Of a stretch of DNA of 40,504 bases, positions 34,974-40,504 are shown piece after piece. The notes beneath the pieces are model-generated. The model ran no database searches and had not been told where the DNA came from. It worked only from the letters and a program-made list of their open reading frames with translations. This stretch comes from a virus. Lineage: Duplodnaviria > Caudoviricetes. The first letter of the stretch is position 1. Each line of letters starts with the position of its first letter. The stretch is taken from IMG/VR virus record IMGVR_UViG_3300024325_000007, positions 1-40,504 of that record, one strand, 5' to 3'. The position numbers and the translations under genes were made by a program.

Positions 34974-35446
34974 GATTCCACCTCAGCGCACTCGGCCTTG
35001 TAGTGCATCTGGCTCGTGGCTAGCGCGGCGGGCAGATCAAGGCCCATTGCGTCTGACCAGTGGCGCAGGTCCGAGAGCAAGTCCACGAGGTTCGTCTGCG
35101 GGTCTTCGTCGCGGTAGTTGCCGCCACGGAGCGCACGTTTCGCGCGGTCAAGGCGCTGCTCGTTCGCGCAGGGTTGCGAGCGGCTCGCCTTGACCTTGGA
35201 GTAATCCGCAGGCGGCAGCCCCAGATCGGCCCGGCACGTCGGACACGTCACGGGCGCGTTGTCGTCAGCCGGTACCGGATGCTGCTCGGCGCAGTCCTCG
35301 TAGCGGCACGCAGGCCCATCGTACTCCGGCGCGCGCGAGCAGTCCGCGCGGAACGCCTTGCCCGTCGCGTCGTCCATCCACAGTTCCGACCCGTCCGGCG
35401 CGTGGAAGCGCGTGAGGCCGTGGCGGGTTTCGAGTTTGGAGCCCAT
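34970..35446 (-). CDS. Hypothetical early protein (Cys motifs plus DLL.DLRH domain)
   Basis: C...C and CPTC motifs followed by NLVDLLSDLRHW....LD...AL.....HY.AE. Confidence 0.6.
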   Translation of the reverse strand: MGSKLETRHGLTRFHAPDGSELWMDDATGKAFRADCSRAPEYDGPACRYEDCAEQHPVPADDNAPVTCPTCRADLGLPPADYSKVKASRSQPCANEQRLDRAKRALRGGNYRDEDPQTNLVDLLSDLRHWSDAMGLDLPAALATSQMHYKAECAEVES

Positions 35447-35673
35447 TACGACAGCCTCCCTTCATCCACAGAGACCTTGCCGACCGTGTTCCCGTTCACG
35501 TCGTAGAGCTTGCCGATCTCTCCGCGCCCGATCCACGACGCGACGGCGTGCGGCGCGGTGCATCCGCTCTCGCGCAGGGAGCCCGCAATCCCTTTCAGGA
35601 TGCGCGCGATCTCTGCCGAGCAATCGTCCTCGAACGCTGCGTTGTCGCAGTCGATGTAGAGCTTGAATCTCAT
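35446..35673 (-). CDS. Conserved small phage protein (F.L.I..DNAAF...E.ARIL...D.NGN.VG)
   Basis: Recurrent phage early-gene motif. Confidence 0.65.
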   Translation of the reverse strand: MRFKLYIDCDNAAFEDDCSAEIARILKGIAGSLRESGCTAPHAVASWIGRGEIGKLYDVNGNTVGKVSVDEGRLS

Positions 35674-35912
35674 CGCGGCGCGACCTCCGGCGCGGATTCG
35701 AGCTCACGCGGGCAAACGTCCAGCTTGAAGCCGTGGACGATCATCGGCGAGCCGTTCGAGTGATTCGGGCCGCCGGGCTCCGCGACGTACACCGTACGCT
35801 CGCCCAGGCCGTGCCGCGCGCCTTCGATTGCGGCAGCGTGCCGCATGTCCCGAGCTTCGACCCAGCGCCATTTGCGCGGGTTGGTTTCAGCGTGCTGTGC
35901 TCTGAATTTCAT
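35670..35912 (-). CDS. Hypothetical protein
   Basis: ATG 35912 immediately follows the upstream stop; ATGA overlap downstream. Confidence 0.5.
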   Translation of the reverse strand: MKFRAQHAETNPRKWRWVEARDMRHAAAIEGARHGLGERTVYVAEPGGPNHSNGSPMIVHGFKLDVCPRELESAPEVAPR

Positions 35913-35913
35913 G

Positions 35914-36249
35914 TCAGGAGCCCTCCGCAGCGTCGCGCATCGCAGCGCGCTTGGCAGCACGTCCAGCCGCGCGGATGTTCGCGTGCTCTTGGAACGCGCC
36001 AACTTGGTCGATGCTGCCCGTCGCGGTGTTCAGCACGCGAACGGTTCCGAAGCGCCCGCTCCGCTCGTCGAATTGCTCCGAGGTGGCGAAGTAGATGCGC
36101 GGCGAGCCGTCAGCTTGAAAGCAGGATTGAGCGATCCGGCTTCGGAAAAAGCGCATCGCGCCGGGCGTGAAGAAATAGCCTTTGTGCTGTCCGATGGCGT
36201 GGTCAATCGAGTGTTCGCGGACCAGTCTCGGGGCGGTGTCGGTTTCCAT
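35914..36249 (-). CDS. Conserved phage early protein (YFF....MRFF.SRI...YF.TSE)
   Basis: SD GAGG; recurrent motif; first gene downstream of the hammerhead. Confidence 0.65.
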   Translation of the reverse strand: METDTAPRLVREHSIDHAIGQHKGYFFTPGAMRFFRSRIAQSCFQADGSPRIYFATSEQFDERSGRFGTVRVLNTATGSIDQVGAFQEHANIRAAGRAAKRAAMRDAAEGS

Positions 36250-36271
36250 GTTTCCTCGTTCCGTTGCTAGT

Positions 36272-36325
36272 CGGGTTTCGGCCTATCTGAGGCCTCGTCA
36301 GCGCCGGTCATACCGGACGGACCCG
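36272..36325 (-). ncRNA. Hammerhead ribozyme (type III topology)
   Basis: - strand: CGG-GUC^-CG(U)CCGG uauga CCGGCG-CUGACGA-GGCCU cagau AGGCC-GAAA-CCCG. Full conserved core with all three stems; intergenic. Confidence 0.9.
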
Positions 36326-36369
36326 CCCCCGTCGCCGGGAGCATTCGCGCCGCTGGGGCGCGGGGTGGG

Positions 36370-36657
36370 TTAGGTGCGGCGTGGCCTCCGAACCTGGACG
36401 CGCAGGCGGTAGCCGTAGGGCGCTGATTCAAGCTCGCGGTAGAGCGCCTTCACGTCGTTTTCGGTCATCTTCGCGGGGCGAGTCCTGCTGATGCACCCCG
36501 CGTAGTCGGCCGCGCCATGCTGCCCGACATGCTCGAACGACTCGCAATAGCCCGGCTTCGCTTCAAGGCCAGGGAATAGCGCGAGCACTCCGCCACCTTC
36601 GCTCTTGGGCCAGCGACGGAAAACAACGTCCGTGATCGGCTCGGATGTAGCTTCCAC
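36370..36657 (-). CDS. Conserved phage early protein (VVFR.W...VLALFP...HVGQH..A...TRPA...L..EL...GY.L)
   Basis: Recurrent motif family; SD GGAG. Confidence 0.65.
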   Translation of the reverse strand: MEATSEPITDVVFRRWPKSEGGGVLALFPGLEAKPGYCESFEHVGQHGAADYAGCISRTRPAKMTENDVKALYRELESAPYGYRLRVQVRRPRRT

Positions 36658-36659
36658 GT

Positions 36660-36869
36660 CTACGCTCCCTGCGCGGACGGGGCGCGCGACGAATGACCAC
36701 GGAAGTACTCGAACGGGCAGCGCGCGGACGGAGCGGGTGTCCAGTCCGTTGCCTTGTCATCGTCCCACGCGCGTCCGCACGTTCCGCAGCGCGCGAAGCT
36801 ATCGGGCGCATCGTTCCACGGCGCGACGTAGCGGACACCTTGCCAGTAGCGGAATTTGAAAGCTTCCAC
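36660..36869 (-). CDS. Small Cys-containing protein (CGTCGRAWDD...TP.PSARCPFE)
   Basis: SD GGAGG; CxxC motif. Confidence 0.6.
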   Translation of the reverse strand: MEAFKFRYWQGVRYVAPWNDAPDSFARCGTCGRAWDDDKATDWTPAPSARCPFEYFRGHSSRAPSAQGA

Positions 36870-36872
36870 GGC

Positions 36873-37112
36873 TCAGCCCTCCACCGCGCGCGAAGGGAGG
36901 GTGGCGGAGAGCGACACGGAGCGAGCCGCGAGGATCGCGGACAGCTCTTCGAGCGTGCTCGCTCGCGCCGGCTCGAACTTGCCAGCCGACGATCCGAGCG
37001 CGTACGTTTCCCAGCCAGCCGAGCAACGGCGAATCCGCTGCGCCCCGTTGCAGTACCCGACATACTCTCCGCGCCGGAATGCTGCCTTGTCGATGTTCGG
37101 AAGGTTCTTCAC
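36873..37112 (-). CDS. Hypothetical early protein
   Basis: GTG 37112 after AAGGAG; NI.K.AFR.GEYVGY motif. Confidence 0.6.
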   Translation of the reverse strand: MKNLPNIDKAAFRRGEYVGYCNGAQRIRRCSAGWETYALGSSAGKFEPARASTLEELSAILAARSVSLSATLPSRAVEG

Positions 37113-37269
37113 GTCCTGCTCCTTGCTAGAGGATCGCGCGCCAGGAAGTCCGACGCGCATGGTGGAATCATCGGCTAGGATCGCGTGCAACGCAAGTGCA
37201 TTCCGCGTGCAATCTGACGGGATGACCGGAAGCCTAGAGCCGAGCGTGACTTAGAGCCGCGAGAATCTT

Positions 37270-37578
37270 TCAGGTAGCCGGAGGATCGACCGATTCCGCC
37301 GCAGACTCCGCACGCTCGCGCTCGATCCACGGCGGAACCTTGGTAGGACCGCGAGGCTTGCGAGGCTTCGATACTCGCTCCACCTTGGCAGCGCGCAGAA
37401 TCGCAAGGTGCTCGGCTTCGATCCGCTTCGCTCGCGCTCGCGCAGCATCGGCCAGGAGCTTCGAGACCAGCTCGCGCAGCACGGCCGTTTTCGTCGGCTT
37501 GTCGATCCGCTCCTCGCAGTAGACGCCAAGCTCCGCGATCATGCGGTCAGTGAAACTGACATGAAGGATGCTCCCCAT
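37270..37578 (-). CDS. Putative ribbon-helix-helix regulator
   Basis: ILHVSFTDRMIAEL...(PTKTAVLRELV) fits RHH; basic tail. Confidence 0.5.
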   Translation of the reverse strand: MGSILHVSFTDRMIAELGVYCEERIDKPTKTAVLRELVSKLLADAARARAKRIEAEHLAILRAAKVERVSKPRKPRGPTKVPPWIERERAESAAESVDPPAT

Positions 37579-37589
37579 GAGGCGCAAGC

Positions 37590-38340
37590 TCTAGCACGGC
37601 CGAAGGATCATCGGCAAGAGTGAGCAACGGCCGATGATTCAGCGGAGACAATAGGGAGAGAGAGAAGGAATGTCATCACTCAGGAACGAGCGAGCGGCGA
37701 GCTGAGGACGGGATCGGCCAGGATGCCAGCCGGAAGGCCGCGCGGGCCAGTGTTCGGGCAATGTTGCTGGCGTCCGATGTCGTGGCGTCTGATAATACCC
37801 AGTTCGTTGCGTTCGATTCGAGGAATTATCGGCATCCTTGCCACCTAGAAGGCCGATTCCAGGTAATTCGAGCGCGTCGGACAACGGCAGACCACAAGCC
37901 CTGGTAGGTCGGGCATCATCGGAGCGCGTTCCGACATCGCAGGCGTTCCTTTACTCCGCGCGTACACGAGCGAGCCCGGCATCGTGGACCCCCGCCTGGG
38001 GGGATCGCCGGCCGCAAGTGGACGTGAGACCTCTGACAGAAATCTGCAACATTTTTCGATTCTGCCCCGCCCGCTCGATCTTCGCCTTAGCGCTGTGTGG
38101 CAGGAGCAACCCGTCGTGCCATTGGTCTCGTTCGGCGCGCGTGCTGTCAGCGCCGGCAGACCATCGCCTCGCAATCTTGGCGTCAGAAGAAGCGTCGCCG
38201 TTTTTCGGCGCGGCTGTCAAGGAAAAACTACAGGCGTAGTAGGTCGGTTTCTCGCGCTTGAATCGCCCCTCTGCGGATGGGAGGATTGCGCCGGGCGCTG
38301 TGAGTTCGAAGCTCGCAGGCCCGGCGACTGAAACACCTGG
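37590..38340. other. Largely non-coding divergence region (candidate control region and/or genome end)
   Basis: Operons diverge here; no credible ORF; repeated ATCATCGG motif; C5/G6 palindrome near 37990-38003. Confidence 0.5.
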
Positions 38341-38356
38341 ACGTAAGGAGTCCGAG

Positions 38357-38779
38357 ATGGATCTCGAAGAAGTAGAACCTGCGCTGTGTGACCCGTCAAA
38401 CGTGGCGCGGTTCTGGCGCAACGTGGACAAGTCGTCTGGACCGAAGTGCTGCTGGCCGTGGCTCACGAACAGCGCATGGCCTCACGGCGAAGGCAGTCCT
38501 GGCGGATTCGGTGTGCGCTGGAATGGCGAGCGTCGCACGCTCAACGCTCCACGGGTGTCGTGGATGCTGACGCACGGACCAATTCCTAACGGGCTTTGGG
38601 TTCTGCACGACCCGGTTGTCTGCAACTGGGCGAGGTGCGTGAACCCTCGCCACCTTCGACTTGGAACGTGCAAGGACAACGCGAACGATGCGAAGATTGC
38701 CAGGGCGCTGCGCGGCAGTGGCGGCTCTGTGTGGCAACATCTTGAGTTCGTCGTTGCGCTCCCCACTTCTCGCGGCTAG
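38357..38779 (+). CDS. HNH endonuclease
   Basis: SD TAAGGAG; RFWRNVDKS.GPKCCWPW, APRVSWMLTHGPIP.GLWVLH...CN..RCVNPRHLRLGT.KDN. Confidence 0.88.
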   Translation: MDLEEVEPALCDPSNVARFWRNVDKSSGPKCCWPWLTNSAWPHGEGSPGGFGVRWNGERRTLNAPRVSWMLTHGPIPNGLWVLHDPVVCNWARCVNPRHLRLGTCKDNANDAKIARALRGSGGSVWQHLEFVVALPTSRG

Positions 38780-38873
38780 CCTTCCCACCGAGCTTCCGCC
38801 GCCCGTGCTAGCGGGATGCCGTGCGCGGGTGAACCTCCACCTGGCGGCTATGGCGGCGGCTCGACTAGCACAC

Positions 38874-39113
38874 ATGGAGAACCTGCTGACGGCGAATCAG
38901 TTGGCGCAGAGGCTCAAGGTCTCGCCGGTCACGGTGCAGCGTTGGTCGCGCGATGGCCGCATTCCGTGTCTCAAGCTCACGGCCAAGGTGGTCCGCTTCG
39001 ACTACGAGGCCGTGTGCGCGGCGCTCAGAGAGATCGGCGCGAAGCCCGCGCCCCCGCTCCCCTCCGACGACGCCTTCAAATATTGCCCGCCTGCCCCGGA
39101 ACCAGCGCCGTGA
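38874..39113 (+). CDS. Excisionase-like HTH (HTH_17/MerR-like) DNA-binding protein
   Basis: LLTANQLAQRLKVSPVTVQRWSRDGRIPCLKL...VRFD. Confidence 0.85.
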   Translation: MENLLTANQLAQRLKVSPVTVQRWSRDGRIPCLKLTAKVVRFDYEAVCAALREIGAKPAPPLPSDDAFKYCPPAPEPAP

Positions 39114-39370
39114 CGCTCATTCAGCTTCCGAAGCTCGATTCGCCGACGATTGACGATCTCGAACACGTCGTTGAGGCGGTTCGATGCTCTGGCAAGCCGA
39201 CTGTTGCCATCGTACTCGCTGAGCGCTGGATCGCCCGAATGCGCGCGTGGGATGATCGGAACGCACAGGCGATCATCGCGTGGTTGCCCTTCGGCCACGG
39301 CGTTTTCGATGAACCGATGCCGTCGAGCCCGATGGCGGCGCTTGTCCTCGAACCAATGCCTCTCCCGTGA
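39110..39370 (+). CDS. Hypothetical protein
   Basis: GTGA coupling to the upstream HTH gene. Confidence 0.5.
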   Translation: MTLIQLPKLDSPTIDDLEHVVEAVRCSGKPTVAIVLAERWIARMRAWDDRNAQAIIAWLPFGHGVFDEPMPSSPMAALVLEPMPLP

Positions 39371-39513
39371 CAGACACTCGCAAGCCTCTCGACCTGATCC
39401 TCGCGCACAAGGGGCCAAAAAACGGGCCGCTGTGGGAGTTGAAGAAGCGTATCGCCGAGCTGGAGGCTGAGGTTGCGGCGCTGCGGGCGAGGTTGAAGGA
39501 GAGGCAGGCGTGA
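39367..39513 (+). CDS. Small coiled-coil protein (48 aa, not in the ORF track)
   Basis: GTGA overlaps on both sides; translates as VTDTRKPLDLILAHKGPKNGPLWELKKRIAELEAEVAALRARLKERQA. Confidence 0.5.
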   Translation: MTDTRKPLDLILAHKGPKNGPLWELKKRIAELEAEVAALRARLKERQA

Positions 39514-39758
39514 TTCCCGACCGCCAAATGTTCGCCACAAGACACGAGTGCGCAGAGGATCAGGCTCGCGTTCTCGCGGCTCTGCGCGACGCGGCCGATC
39601 AACTGGACGCGAATCCGATCCCGACGCGAACGCAGGCAGAAGCCGAAGCTATTGTCGAGGTCTGGAAGGCGCAGGGCGTTTGGGACGAGATGCGCCGAAA
39701 ACTGGAGCCGAAGTACCGCTACCAGATGTCGCTGGCTGGGCCGTTTCCGGGGCAATGA
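39510..39758 (+). CDS. Hypothetical protein
   Basis: SD AAGGAG; coupled ORF. Confidence 0.55.
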   Translation: MIPDRQMFATRHECAEDQARVLAALRDAADQLDANPIPTRTQAEAEAIVEVWKAQGVWDEMRRKLEPKYRYQMSLAGPFPGQ

Positions 39759-39961
39759 GCCGCGTCCGAGAGACGCTCGACGCCGCCCTGGCCCGCTTCC
39801 GGGCGAACGGCGTCGGCGAGTGGCCGGAAGTCATCACCATCGCGGCCAAAGAGATCCACAAGCCGGAGGTGACGCACTGGGCTCACGACCGGGGCGTGGT
39901 CGTCATCTTCGGCGACCCGTTCCAGGGCAAGGTTGAGACGATCATCCCCGACTTCGGCTGA
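39755..39961 (+). CDS. Hypothetical protein
   Basis: ATGA coupling at 39755. Confidence 0.5.
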   Translation: MSRVRETLDAALARFRANGVGEWPEVITIAAKEIHKPEVTHWAHDRGVVVIFGDPFQGKVETIIPDFG

Positions 39962-40008
39962 CATCTTGTGTTGGAGTGCTTGACACCCACAAGATGTGGT
40001 GTCAGGGT
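39961..40008 (+). promoter_or_regulatory. Sigma70-like promoter with overlapping inverted repeats
   Basis: TTGACA (39980-39985)-17 nt-CAGGGT, 8 nt before ATG 40017. IRs: ACATCTTGTG/CACAAGATGT and TGACACC/GGTGTCA. Confidence 0.6.
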
Positions 40009-40016
40009 TTCCAGGC

Positions 40017-40331
40017 ATGGTGTACCGGAAGAAGGCGGTGGCGGCGATTCCGAACAACGGCACGGAGGTCGAGGTGGTCGCCGCACCGCTCGAACCTGAA
40101 TCACAAGCGGAGACCGCGCCGCCGCCTTCACCTGAGCCGGTCAAGACGGACGCCGAGCGCATCGCGGAGCTGGAGATGGACAACGCGGCGCTGCGTGCGC
40201 GCCTGAGTTCTGGAAGCGGGCCGAGGATCGAGCAGCTTGGCGTGCAGACCTCGAATCGGAATCAGTGCCACATCTGCAAGGGCGAGGGGTGCCGGTTCTG
40301 CGGCGGGCGTGGATACAACGTTTCGCGATGA
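40017..40331 (+). CDS. Hypothetical protein with C-terminal CxxCxGxG zinc-finger-like motif
   Basis: CHICKGEGCRFCGGRG after a short coiled coil. Confidence 0.55.
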   Translation: MVYRKKAVAAIPNNGTEVEVVAAPLEPESQAETAPPPSPEPVKTDAERIAELEMDNAALRARLSSGSGPRIEQLGVQTSNRNQCHICKGEGCRFCGGRGYNVSR

Positions 40332-40504
40332 GCAAGTCGCCTGCATACCCTCCGATGATCGCGGTCGGCGCTCCGCTGGAGAAATTCCTGCCGGAGTCTG
40401 ACGCGCAGAAGCTCATCGAGGGCGTTCACTACCCGAAGGGCATCCAGGGGGTCGATCTCTCGATGATGTTCGGGCAGATCACGTTTCGGACGATTGCGGC
40501 GTGC
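40328..40504 (+). CDS. Hypothetical protein, truncated by the window end
   Basis: ATGA overlap at 40328; frame stays open to the end of the window. Confidence 0.45.
   Translation, partial: MSKSPAYPPMIAVGAPLEKFLPESDAQKLIEGVHYPKGIQGVDLSMMFGQITFRTIAAC

Noticed and set aside
38289-38330. tRNA-like GTTCGAA sequence
   Set aside because: It forms a single hairpin; no cloverleaf, anticodon arm or acceptor stem.
38874-39113. Xis-like gene as proof of an integration module
   Set aside because: No integrase or att site is visible in the window, and HTH_17 proteins also act as general regulators.

Overview
About 40 kb of a high-GC tailed-phage (or prophage) genome with a mosaic layout. The + strand at 1-19.5 kb is a T7-like (podovirus-type) late module: tail tubular protein B/nozzle, gp13/14/15/16-like internal virion proteins, three accessory genes where a tail fibre would be expected, T7-type TerS/TerL, an HNH gene and a cluster of small membrane proteins. 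The - strand at 19.5-37.6 kb is a lambdoid-type early/middle module (Bet-like annealase, YqaJ exonuclease, XRE HTH, RuvC-like resolvase, DnaB, DUF1376 initiator with iterons, 2OG-Fe(II) oxygenase, SLOG protein, many small genes). A ~0.75 kb non-coding divergence region at 37.6-38.3 kb is followed by another + strand operon. No RNA polymerase, DNA polymerase, integrase, portal, capsid or endolysin is recognisable in the window. Main highlights: (1) a stand-alone ETR1-type ethylene/Cu-binding membrane domain inside the putative lysis cluster; (2) an intergenic hammerhead ribozyme on the - strand; (3) a complete 3,442-bp IS1-family cargo element with 18-bp TIRs and a 9-bp TSD, inserted in a YkgJ-like gene; (4) seven RCC1/BLIP-II repeats inserted in the tail nozzle. 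All protein calls come from recognising motifs by eye, not from database searches.
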